From Methanothermobacter thermautotrophicus str. Delta H (GTDB taxonomy: Archaea > Methanobacteriota > Methanobacteria > Methanobacteriales > Methanothermobacteraceae): a DNA stretch of 32,000 nt. How positions within the stretch are numbered: position 1 is the stretch's first letter; each line of letters begins with the position of its first letter. The notes beneath the pieces are model-generated. The model worked only from the letters and a program-made list of their open reading frames with translations, was not told the DNA's origin and did no database searches. A program made the position numbers and the translations under genes. The stretch is from contig NC_000916.1 of assembly GCF_000008645.1 (NCBI RefSeq), positions 300,001 to 332,000 on the forward strand. The letters are read 5' to 3'. Shown in pieces: positions 14,588 to 23,318 of the stretch.

Positions 14588-15279
14588 TTATGGTTCTCCA
14601 TGAAATATTTTCTGGCTTCCACGAGGTCCTCAGGGAAGTCCACCTCTATGCAGAACCTTTCGCCTATGTTGAGTGGTCTGAAGGTTTCCCCTTTCTCTAT
14701 GAGAATTTCAACTCCCCTCTCAAAGTAGTCCTGATCCTGGCATTCCCTGAGGGCATTCCTCAGCATGGGAATGGTTTCTCTGGAGACCTGATTTATTCCC
14801 ACAGCCTCCCCGAGGGGGTCCGTGACATTCTTGGACAGTTCCCTTATGAATCCCTGACTGTCGAGGCTGTATTTAACCTCTTCCTCCCCCACCTTCTTGT
14901 TGTCAACGCAGATGAGGTTTTCGCCCGGCTTCTCACCTATCATTTTGAGGATGGATGGGTCGAAGACCACGTCCCCGTTCATCCAGATCACATCCTCATC
15001 CATGTCCTCCAGCCCTATTAGAAGGCTTTTGGAGGTGTTTGTTTCGCTGTAGCGATGGTTGTAGACGAATTCAAGGTCGGGGTACCTCTCCTCTATGAGA
15101 TGGCCCCTGTAGCCCAGCACGACCCTCACGTTTTCTGTTGACGTTATCTGTGCTATATTTTCGAGCTGTTGATCCATTATCGTTTTTCCATCTCCGAGTT
15201 CCACGAGTGCCTTGGGTATTCCATGCCCAAGTCTGCTTCCGGTTCCTGCAGCAAGAATAATAACCCTAATAAGAATCAC
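14584..15279 (-). CDS. Nucleotidyltransferase (NTP_transf_3/LicC-like); candidate CTP:glycerol-3-phosphate (or related alcohol-phosphate) cytidylyltransferase
   Basis: 231 aa with a GTG start. Signature ILAAGTGSRLGHGIPKALVEL (G-x-G-x-R...PK). Translationally coupled to gpsA. The substrate assignment is inferred from context only. Confidence 0.7.
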   Translation of the reverse strand: MILIRVIILAAGTGSRLGHGIPKALVELGDGKTIMDQQLENIAQITSTENVRVVLGYRGHLIEERYPDLEFVYNHRYSETNTSKSLLIGLEDMDEDVIWMNGDVVFDPSILKMIGEKPGENLICVDNKKVGEEEVKYSLDSQGFIRELSKNVTDPLGEAVGINQVSRETIPMLRNALRECQDQDYFERGVEILIEKGETFRPLNIGERFCIEVDFPEDLVEARKYFMENHK

Positions 15280-15376
15280 CTTTAAATGTAGATAAGAACA
15301 ATTCTAGACCAGATTTATGTTGCATACTATTTAATTGTAATTGGTAACCGGGCCCCGGAAAAGGAGGTTTATAGGA

Positions 15377-16528
15377 TTGAGGATACTTCATGTAACACCA
15401 TACTTCAAACCCTCATGGGAGGCAGGTGGTCCTCCCCGTTCAGTCTATGACCTGGCATCGAGGCAGGTGTCTGCTGGACATGAGGTCACGGTCTACACAA
15501 CAGATGGGTTCAAGAGGCGACTTGACGTCGAGGTTAACAGGCCCCTCGATGTTGATGGCATAAGGACCTACTATTTCAGGAACCTTTCAATGTACCTGGC
15601 AGGGAATATGAACCTCCCGGTACCACTTAAACTCCCCTATGTTGCCTGGAGGGAGATCCGGGAATTTGATGTTGTTCATATCCATGAGCACAGAACCTTC
15701 CTTGCAGCCGTTGTAGCCACACTGGCATCACGTGCAGGTGTACCCTACATTGTACAGCCCCACGGCTCCGTCCCGACCATGTCGAGGGCTACCCTCAAGG
15801 AAGTATTCGATTTCATTGCAGGTAACCGGATAATGTACGGGGCGTCCCGGATAGTAGCAACATCCACTGTGGAGTCAGGTTTCTACCGGAAGGTTTACCC
15901 TAAACTCGACGCTGAGGCCATAGTGAAGGTACCTAACCCGGTCGATATCCCTCACAGACCATCCAGGGGGCTCTTCAGGAAGAAATGGGGTCTTGAAGAT
16001 GCGCGGATCATACTCTACCTGGGCAGGATCCATGAAAGAAAGGGTCTCGACATACTCCTCAGGGCCTTCAGGGACATGGATGAAGACACAGTTCTGGTCA
16101 TAACGGGACCTGATGACCACTACCTGGAAAGGCTCATGGGCCTCATAGATGAACTGGGAATCGGTGAAAGGGTTCTCCTGACAGGTCCCCTCTATGAAAT
16201 GGATAAACTTGAGGCCTATGTGGACGCCGATGTGTTTGTGCTGCCATCGGCATCAAAGTATGAATCCTTTGGGAACTCCGCTGCAGAGGCCATTGCCTGC
16301 GGCACCCCGGTTGTCGTAACTTCAAGTTGCGGGATATCTGAGTGGATGGATCCCGGTGATGGCATCATAGCGAGGCCCTCAGCCAGGGACCTGAGGGATG
16401 CCATAATCAGGGTCCTGAAGGAACGCGACTCCTTCAATCCATCGGCAGAGAAGTTCGACCCTGAATCAATATCAGAGACATTTGAGGACATTTACCTGGA
16501 GGTCACCCATAAGGCTTCCAGACACTGA
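15377..16528 (+). CDS. GT4-family glycosyltransferase
   Basis: The track ORF starts at TTG 15341. AGGAGG at 15362-15367 favours the in-frame TTG at 15377, giving (M)RILHVTPYFKPSWEAGGPPRSV. Motifs LYLGRIHERKG, FVLPSASKYESFGNSAAEAIACGTPVVVT. Confidence 0.8.
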   Translation: MRILHVTPYFKPSWEAGGPPRSVYDLASRQVSAGHEVTVYTTDGFKRRLDVEVNRPLDVDGIRTYYFRNLSMYLAGNMNLPVPLKLPYVAWREIREFDVVHIHEHRTFLAAVVATLASRAGVPYIVQPHGSVPTMSRATLKEVFDFIAGNRIMYGASRIVATSTVESGFYRKVYPKLDAEAIVKVPNPVDIPHRPSRGLFRKKWGLEDARIILYLGRIHERKGLDILLRAFRDMDEDTVLVITGPDDHYLERLMGLIDELGIGERVLLTGPLYEMDKLEAYVDADVFVLPSASKYESFGNSAAEAIACGTPVVVTSSCGISEWMDPGDGIIARPSARDLRDAIIRVLKERDSFNPSAEKFDPESISETFEDIYLEVTHKASRH

Positions 16529-16631
16529 AACCGGTTGGAGCACCTATGCAGAGGTTTATATGGGTCCAGCCAATTAATGATATGCAGTGATGGAAGTTGA
16601 TTGAAGTTATTTGGTGCAAGGGGTATCGATC

Positions 16632-17348
16632 ATGTCATATGATAGAAGGTTCATTTCAGTTGTTGCCATCTTCTCGGTCTTCATAGCCGTTATCCTTGTC
16701 CTTATCCAGAACAGTATAGGGATCTATTACTGGGACATTTTCCTGTATGTTAACAATGCCATGAAAATGGCCCACCTTGGACCCGGCGACGCCCTCTACC
16801 TACCACCATTCTTCCCGGCGGTGCTGGCCTTACTTTTCAGACTCGGGTTCACAGGTGAAATAACGGTATTTGCGGCGGCAGCGGCATTCTATGTTGCAGG
16901 TATCATCGGGATGTACCTCCTCCTCCAACTGAGATTCAGTGAAATGGAGAGCCTTGCAGGGGCCATCTCATTCGCATCCTTCAGCCTTATCCTATCATGG
17001 GCAGCCACAGGGTCCCTGGATGTCCCGGCCATCTCCCTCTCTATATGGGCCGTTTACCTTGCACTCATCGCAAGGAGGCGTGACAGCCGATTCTACTACC
17101 TTGCATTTCCGGTTGCAATGGCAGCATTTCTCACAAGATATACATCGGGTCTCATGCTGCTCCCACTTGCAGTGATAATACTCACTGACCCATCCCTCAG
17201 GTTAAAGCTGCCAGACATAGGCAGGGGAATTGGCCTGGGGGTCCTCCTCTACATCCCATTCGGGTACTTTTTTACAGAAACATCGGAACACCCCTACCCT
17301 TCACAAAACAGGTTTCATCCACAGTCACCGGTTCAGCCACATCCATAA
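16632..17348 (+). CDS. GT-C fold (ArnT/PMT-like) membrane glycosyltransferase, N-terminal fragment
   Basis: Multi-TM protein (MSYDRRFISVVAIFSVFIAVILVL...YYWDIFLYVNNA...FLTRYTSGLMLLPLAV). The frame turns non-membrane-like after ...LYIPFGYFF, at the T6 run 17268-17273. The ATG at 16632 is preferred over the TTG at 16611. Confidence 0.7.
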   Translation: MSYDRRFISVVAIFSVFIAVILVLIQNSIGIYYWDIFLYVNNAMKMAHLGPGDALYLPPFFPAVLALLFRLGFTGEITVFAAAAAFYVAGIIGMYLLLQLRFSEMESLAGAISFASFSLILSWAATGSLDVPAISLSIWAVYLALIARRRDSRFYYLAFPVAMAAFLTRYTSGLMLLPLAVIILTDPSLRLKLPDIGRGIGLGVLLYIPFGYFFTETSEHPYPSQNRFHPQSPVQPHP

Positions 17349-17410
17349 ATCCTGGCTACAGCACAGACAGCCTCTACTACCTCAAGCACCTTCCAGAGTA
17401 CATCTCAGCA

Positions 17411-18274
17411 ATGCCTTCACAGGATTACCTCAGGGTACTGAACCCCTCACTTTCAGGACCGACACCAATCGCCTTCATAATACTGGCCCTCATATCAGCA
17501 GGTTTACTGATTATTATATGGAGGAACAGGGACCTCATATCAACCGATAACCTCAGGGGAAAGATTATATTCATTGTAATATCTGCAGCACTCATATTCA
17601 CCTTTGGAAGGATATCCTTTGCACTTAGCGAGGTCCTCATATTCCTCTGGGCACTTTCAATCCTCTGGATAAGGGGGAACACTGATAACATTGAGATGAA
17701 CCTTGCGATGGCTGCCTGGGTCCTGGCCTACCTCTACATGCACAGCTTTCACCCTGTAAAGGCTGACAGGTACATCATAACAGTCCTGCCAGCCCTCGCC
17801 TACGCCATATCCCTTTCACTGAACAATTTATCTGCTTTGATGAGATCCAGGAGGGCATCGACGGTTCTGTCCATTGCAGTCACCCTTCTGATGGTCTCTT
17901 CGGCAATCCATTACACTGCAGGATGGCCCCAGGAATATGGGATAGTTAAGGGTGAGAGGAGCGGCGCCTGGCTCATGAACCATGACCCCTCCTACAGGGA
18001 CAGGGTCATAGCTGCTGACAGGGGCCCTGCCTTCACATGGTACCTTGGAGACTATGTCTTCACAAGGATAATCCACCCACAGCGTAGGGAGTTAAGCCTC
18101 AAGTACTTCTATGAAGTGAACCCTGACTACTATATATTCTGGACGGGTAAAACAGAGTTGCCTGAAGGTTACAGGGTCATATATTCAAGGGATGGGGTTC
18201 CATTGCCAGGAAGATTCAGTAGATATGCCGGGATCCTTCCCCTCCGGTACAGGATTCAGTGGATGTTGAGGTGA
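17411..18274 (+). CDS. GT-C fold membrane glycosyltransferase, C-terminal fragment (this frame is open and protein-like from about 17274)
   Basis: The same frame upstream of the ATG reads YRNIGTPLPFTKQVSSTVTGSATSINPGYSTDSLYYLKHLPEYISA. It joins the upstream fragment if the T6 run is read as T7. It contains several TM helices and a soluble C-terminal domain. Confidence 0.7.
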   Translation: MPSQDYLRVLNPSLSGPTPIAFIILALISAGLLIIIWRNRDLISTDNLRGKIIFIVISAALIFTFGRISFALSEVLIFLWALSILWIRGNTDNIEMNLAMAAWVLAYLYMHSFHPVKADRYIITVLPALAYAISLSLNNLSALMRSRRASTVLSIAVTLLMVSSAIHYTAGWPQEYGIVKGERSGAWLMNHDPSYRDRVIAADRGPAFTWYLGDYVFTRIIHPQRRELSLKYFYEVNPDYYIFWTGKTELPEGYRVIYSRDGVPLPGRFSRYAGILPLRYRIQWMLR

Positions 18275-18315
18275 TTCTCTCTGGCGAGGGATGGATTCGC
18301 TTAACAGATTGAAAC

Positions 18316-18324
18316 TATTTATAT
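18316..18324 (+). promoter_or_regulatory. TATA-box candidate (TATTTATAT) for the plus-strand operon 18480-24323
   Basis: Strong A/T element in the 205-bp gap, preceded by GAAAC (BRE-like). Two palindromes follow it (see finding). Confidence 0.45.
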
Positions 18325-18479
18325 GGCGAGTTCAATAACTAGTTTGAGTTAAACTAGGATATACTCTGAATCGTATATTGTGGGAAGGAAATCTTTATTC
18401 ATTCATATCATGAATAATGTTACCAGGAAAACCCTTATTCTTACAAGGGAAATCATCCAAAATAGGGAGTGATGCTAAT

Positions 18480-19421
18480 ATGGAAACTCAGAGAATACTC
18501 GTGACCGGTGGCGCCGGATTCATAGGTACAAACCTTGTCAATGAACTGAGGAACAGGGGCCATGAGGTCCTTGCGGTTGACCTCATGCACACAGAACGCG
18601 AGGACTACATGAGGGCCGATGTCAGGGAGTACAGGCAGGTTGAGAGGATCTTTGAGGAAGATAAATTCGACTACGTATACCACCTGGCCGCAGAGTACGG
18701 GAGATGGAACGGTGAGGACTACTATGAGAACCTCTGGAAGACCAACGTCATAGGTACAAAGCACATGCTGAGGATGCAGGAGAAGCTTGGCTTCAGGATG
18801 ATATTCTTCTCCTCAGCAGAGGTCTACGGGGACTACAGTGGTTTGATGAGTGAGGATGTGATGGTCAAAAACCCCATAAGCGACACCTACCAGATGAATG
18901 ACTACGCCATAACCAAGTGGGCCGGTGAACTCATGTGCATGAACTCTGCAGAGATGTTCGGCACAGAGACTGTCCGTGTGAGGCCGGTGAACTGTTACGG
19001 CCCCCATGAGAAGTACTCACCCTACAAGGGCTTCATACCCATATTCATCTACCATGCACTACACAGGAAGCCCTACACCGTCTATAAGGGCCATAAGAGG
19101 ATAATCGACTACGTGGAGGACTCCGTGAGGACCTTCGCCAATATCGTGGATAACTTCATCCCCGGGGAGGTCTACAATGTCGGCGGGCGAACCGAGTGGG
19201 AGCATGACATCAAGGAGTACTCAGACATGGTCCTTGAGGCTGTGGGGATAGATGACTCCATAGTCACCTACAGGGAGTCAGAGCCCTTCACCACAAAGGT
19301 GAAGACCATGGACTTCTCAAAGGCCATAAGGGACCTCAAACATGACCCACAGGTACCCCCCGAGGAGGGTATCAGGCGTACAGTCGAGTGGATGAAGTGG
19401 TACTACAGGATAGAGGACTGA
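18480..19421 (+). CDS. NAD-dependent sugar-nucleotide epimerase/dehydratase (extended SDR; dTDP-glucose 4,6-dehydratase-like)
   Basis: METQRILVTGGAGFIGTNLVNEL is a Rossmann fold at the N-terminus. YxxxK is present in YAITKWAGE. The track start at 18417 would add 21 non-Rossmann residues. GGGAGTGAT RBS-like sequence lies before 18480. Confidence 0.8.
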   Translation: METQRILVTGGAGFIGTNLVNELRNRGHEVLAVDLMHTEREDYMRADVREYRQVERIFEEDKFDYVYHLAAEYGRWNGEDYYENLWKTNVIGTKHMLRMQEKLGFRMIFFSSAEVYGDYSGLMSEDVMVKNPISDTYQMNDYAITKWAGELMCMNSAEMFGTETVRVRPVNCYGPHEKYSPYKGFIPIFIYHALHRKPYTVYKGHKRIIDYVEDSVRTFANIVDNFIPGEVYNVGGRTEWEHDIKEYSDMVLEAVGIDDSIVTYRESEPFTTKVKTMDFSKAIRDLKHDPQVPPEEGIRRTVEWMKWYYRIED

Positions 19422-19423
19422 AA

Positions 19424-20299
19424 ATGAGGATAGTCGCGGTCATCCCTGCCTTCAACGAGGAGGTTGCCATAGGTTCAGTTGTGCTCCTCACAGGGGAACA
19501 CGTTGATGAGGTTATCGTTGTTGATGATGGGTCGGCTGACAGGACAGCCCACGTGGCTGAGATGGCAGGCGCAAGGGTTATAAGGCACCACAGGAACCTG
19601 GGAAAGGGTGCAGCCCTCAAAACAGGGTTTGAGGCTGCAGATGCAGATGTAATAGTCACCCTTGACGCTGATGCACAGCACAACCCTGCAGAGATACCTA
19701 AACTCGTGGAGCCCATACTGAGGGGGGAGGCCGACGTTGTGAACGGGAGCCGCTACCTCCATGGGAGGGACGAGAACACCCCCCGCTACCGCAGGGTGGG
19801 CCAGAAGATACTTGACAGGGCCACCAACATATCAACGGGCCTGGACATAACCGATACCCAGAGCGGCTTCAGGGCCTTCTCATCAGCCAGCATACCCCAT
19901 TTCAGGTTCAGGGACCCGGGCTTCGTGGTTGAAAGCGAGATGCTTGCAGACGCCGCCGAGGCCGGCCTCAGGATAGTGGAGGTGGAGGTCGGAGTGAGGT
20001 ATGATGTGGATGGGTCCACCAGGAACCCCATAAGCCACGGTGTATCGGTGCTCCTTAGGATCATAGGGGACCTTGAACTCAAGCGCCCCCTCTACTACTT
20101 CACACTCCCGGGCCTCATAATAGGGATTACAGGGGCAATCCTAAGTTTAATGTTCATAAGGGACTACATAACGGGTTTAAGTGTGAACATGGGTCCCACC
20201 ATCGTGGCGGTGATGCTCACACTCTTCGGGACCTTCTTCATATTCACAGGCATCATCCTCGACTCCATGAGGAGGATGATCATCCACTATGGAAGGTGA
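19424..20299 (+). CDS. GT2 glycosyltransferase, dolichyl-phosphate hexose synthase-like, with two C-terminal TM helices
   Basis: MRIVAVIPAFNEE...VVDDGSADRTA...NLGKGAALKTG...LDADAQH...DTQSGFRAF. C-terminal hydrophobic pair LPGLIIGITGAILSLMF / IVAVMLTLFGTFFIFTGIIL. The start at 19424 is chosen because the conserved core begins there, 2 nt after the previous stop. Confidence 0.85.
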   Translation: MRIVAVIPAFNEEVAIGSVVLLTGEHVDEVIVVDDGSADRTAHVAEMAGARVIRHHRNLGKGAALKTGFEAADADVIVTLDADAQHNPAEIPKLVEPILRGEADVVNGSRYLHGRDENTPRYRRVGQKILDRATNISTGLDITDTQSGFRAFSSASIPHFRFRDPGFVVESEMLADAAEAGLRIVEVEVGVRYDVDGSTRNPISHGVSVLLRIIGDLELKRPLYYFTLPGLIIGITGAILSLMFIRDYITGLSVNMGPTIVAVMLTLFGTFFIFTGIILDSMRRMIIHYGR

Positions 20300-20331
20300 C
20301 TGCAGAATCTACTGATGGAAGGTGATTGATT

Positions 20332-21324
20332 ATGGATGAATTCAGGGCTTATGATGGTAAATGTGTTCTTGTAACAGGTGGAGCTGGATGCGTTGGAAGC
20401 AATCTCACAGGGAACCTTGCAAAGGCAGGGGCCAATGTGATCATACTGGATAATCTCTCATCAAGCTATGAGTGGAACATCCCGGAATATGAGAACATAG
20501 AATTCGTTAAGGGCGACATACTCGACGATGAGGTCCTTAAACGGGTATTCAAGGAGAGGCCGGACTACGTCTTCCACCTCGCAGCCCACTTTGCAAACCA
20601 GAACAGTGTTGACAACCCGGAGAAGGACCTCCTGGTCAACGGGCTGGGCATACTGAAGGTCCTTGAGTATGCACAGCTTGTGGGTGTTGAGCGCTTCGTT
20701 TACTCATCATCAGGGTGCGGTGTCTACGGCCTGGACTCAAAGATACCCTTTGAGGAACACGACATCTCAATATCACTGCACACCCCCTACCAGGTCACCA
20801 AGCTCCTCGGTGAACTGTACACCAACTACTTCCACAACCTCTACGAGATGCCCATAGTCAATGCAAGGTTCTTCAACGTCTTCGGCCCGGGTGAGGTCCC
20901 AGGGAAGTACCGTAACGTCATCCCCAACTTCTTCTACTGGGCCATGAACCAGCAACCATTACCCATAACCGGGGACGGCTCAGAGACCAGGGACTGGACC
21001 TTCGTGGAGGACATAGTCAGGGGCCTCATGGCCATGGGTGTCAGAAGGGAGGCCATAGGCGAGGCCATCAACCTTGGCTCAGGGACCGAGCACCAGGTCA
21101 TAGAGATGGCGGGTATCATAAACGAGCTCACAGAAAACCCTGCAGGCGTGGTCTACAGGCCGAGGAGGGACTGGGACGCCAAGACAAGGCTCCTGTCATC
21201 AATCGATAAGGCCAGAAGACTCCTGGACTACGAGCCACAGGTATCCTTCAGGGAGGGACTTGAGAGGACCCACAGGTGGTTCACAGAGAACTGGGAGCTC
21301 ATAAGGAAGAGCGCAGAGTTCTAA
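20332..21324 (+). CDS. NAD-dependent sugar-nucleotide epimerase/dehydratase (extended SDR)
   Basis: KCVLVTGGAGCVGSNL, YQVTKLLGE (YxxxK), 330 aa. RBS GGAAGGTGAT lies before the ATG at 20332. Confidence 0.8.
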   Translation: MDEFRAYDGKCVLVTGGAGCVGSNLTGNLAKAGANVIILDNLSSSYEWNIPEYENIEFVKGDILDDEVLKRVFKERPDYVFHLAAHFANQNSVDNPEKDLLVNGLGILKVLEYAQLVGVERFVYSSSGCGVYGLDSKIPFEEHDISISLHTPYQVTKLLGELYTNYFHNLYEMPIVNARFFNVFGPGEVPGKYRNVIPNFFYWAMNQQPLPITGDGSETRDWTFVEDIVRGLMAMGVRREAIGEAINLGSGTEHQVIEMAGIINELTENPAGVVYRPRRDWDAKTRLLSSIDKARRLLDYEPQVSFREGLERTHRWFTENWELIRKSAEF

Positions 21325-21351
21325 TCAAAAACCTTCTTTTTCTGATCGCAT

Positions 21352-22539
21352 ATGAGGATACTGGTTGTACAGGAATCGGACTGGATAGAAAGGAACCCCC
21401 ACCAGCAGCACCACCTCTTTGACAGGTTATCTGCGAGGGGTCATGAGGTGAGGGTCATAGACTACCCCATAGACTGGAGGAAGGAGGAGGGGGGAAGCAT
21501 CCTGAACCCCCGCCGGGTCTACCTGGGGGTCCAGAAGGTCCGGGAGGACGCCGGTGTGGATGTTATAAGGCCCGCCCACCTCAGGGTCCCGGTACTGGAT
21601 TACCTCTCAATACCCTTCACCCATGGGAGGGAGATAAGGAGGCAGATAAGGGAGTTCAGACCAGACCTTGTGGTCGGATTTGGTCTCATAAACTCCTTCA
21701 TAGCATCAATCGAAGCAGGGAGGCAGGGCATACCCTTCGTATATTACCTCATCGACGTACTCTACACCCTGATACCAGAGAGGGCCTTTCAGGGTCTGGG
21801 GAAGCTGCTCATGAGGAAGACCATCGAGAGGTCAGACCTTGTCCTCACCATCAACAGGAAGCTCGACCAGCTGGCAGCTGAACTGGGGGCCAGGAGGACG
21901 GAGGTCATAGACGCGGGCATAGACCTTGCAGAATTCGACCCGGACCTTGACGGTTCACGCATAAGGGAGAGGTACGGTGTCGGGGATGATGACATCCTCC
22001 TCTTCTTCATGGGATTCCTCTACAACTTCTCCGGTCTCAGGGAACTTGCAGCAGCAATGGCAGAGAGGCGTGGGGAATACCCGAACATCAAGCTTATGGT
22101 TGTAGGGGATGGAGACGCATACGAGGACCTTAAAGGGATAAGGGATGATAACAACCTGGACAGCCTCATACTGACAGGGAGACAGCCCTACAGTGAGATA
22201 CCTGAATTTGTAGCGGCTTCTGACATCTGCATACTCCCCGCCCACATAGACGAGGAGATAATGCAGGACATAGTCCCCATAAAGCTCTACGAGTACCTTG
22301 CAATGGCAAAGCCGGTCATAGCCACAAGGCTGCCAGGCATATACATGGAGTTCGGTGAGGGCAACGGCATCCACTACATAGAGAGACCAGAGGAAACTCT
22401 TGATGTAGCAGTGGAACTTGCAGGCAGACTCAGGGAGGAGGGCCAGAAAGGGAGGCGCTTCGTGGAGTCAAATGACTGGGAAAGCATCACCGAAAGATTT
22501 GAGGAGACCCTAAGGGAACTTGTGGAGAAGGATGAATGA
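21352..22539 (+). CDS. GT4-family glycosyltransferase
   Basis: 395 aa. MRILVVQESDW... N-domain. ILLFFMGFLYNFSG and VPIKLYEYLAMAKPVIATRLPG are GT-B C-domain motifs. Confidence 0.75.
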   Translation: MRILVVQESDWIERNPHQQHHLFDRLSARGHEVRVIDYPIDWRKEEGGSILNPRRVYLGVQKVREDAGVDVIRPAHLRVPVLDYLSIPFTHGREIRRQIREFRPDLVVGFGLINSFIASIEAGRQGIPFVYYLIDVLYTLIPERAFQGLGKLLMRKTIERSDLVLTINRKLDQLAAELGARRTEVIDAGIDLAEFDPDLDGSRIRERYGVGDDDILLFFMGFLYNFSGLRELAAAMAERRGEYPNIKLMVVGDGDAYEDLKGIRDDNNLDSLILTGRQPYSEIPEFVAASDICILPAHIDEEIMQDIVPIKLYEYLAMAKPVIATRLPGIYMEFGEGNGIHYIERPEETLDVAVELAGRLREEGQKGRRFVESNDWESITERFEETLRELVEKDE

Positions 22540-22597
22540 GCATGATCCCACGAGGGGTGGTGATTACCTCAATGACTGTACCGCTGGAGGTGTCGCG

Positions 22598-23278
22598 ATG
22601 AGGGTGGTCACAGTGATACCTGCATTCAATGAGGAGAGGACCGTCGAATCCGTTGTGAGGGGCGCCCTTGAACATGGTGACGTGATCCTGGTGGACGATG
22701 GCAGCACAGACAGGACTGCAGCCCTTGGTGAGGAAGCAGGGGCAAGGGTCATCAGCCACCCCAAAAATCTCGGGAAGGGGGCAGCCCTCAAGACAGGTAT
22801 AAGGGAGGCCCTTGGAGGAGACTACGATGTCATAGTATTCATGGACGCCGATGGCCAGCACGACCCCTCCCTGATACCAGAACTTGCATCCGCGGTTAAC
22901 GGTGGCGACTTCATCATAGGGTCAAGGTTCATAAGGAATAACCATGATAGCATGCCCCTCCACAGGCAGCTATCAAACCGGATAACCACCTGGATACTCA
23001 GACTGGCCACAGGGTACCGGATAACAGATAGTCAGAGCGGCTTCAGGGCAATATCAGCCAGGTACGCCCACCTGATACTCGAAATACCCTACGACGACTA
23101 TGTGTATGAATCAGAGGCAATATGTGAGACCTCAAGGCACCGGCTGAGGATAGCCGAGGTCCCCATCACCTGCACCTATGGTGATGAGAAGTCCTACATC
23201 GGGGTCGGGGACGTCCTCCAGTACATCAGGTTCATAGTTAGGCTCTTCGTCAGAAGGATATCCGGTGTCAGGGGCTGA
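22598..23278 (+). CDS. GT2 glycosyltransferase (dolichyl-phosphate hexose synthase-related, soluble/peripheral form)
   Basis: MRVVTVIPAFNEE...VDDGSTDRTA...NLGKGAALKTG...MDADGQHDP...DSQSGFRAI. GGAGGTG lies 5 nt upstream of the ATG at 22598. The track start at 22520 overlaps the previous gene and adds non-conserved sequence. Confidence 0.8.
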   Translation: MRVVTVIPAFNEERTVESVVRGALEHGDVILVDDGSTDRTAALGEEAGARVISHPKNLGKGAALKTGIREALGGDYDVIVFMDADGQHDPSLIPELASAVNGGDFIIGSRFIRNNHDSMPLHRQLSNRITTWILRLATGYRITDSQSGFRAISARYAHLILEIPYDDYVYESEAICETSRHRLRIAEVPITCTYGDEKSYIGVGDVLQYIRFIVRLFVRRISGVRG

Positions 23279-23318
23279 TGTGGGAGCTGCTTCCCATCAC
23301 CTTCACATCTGAGAGGAG

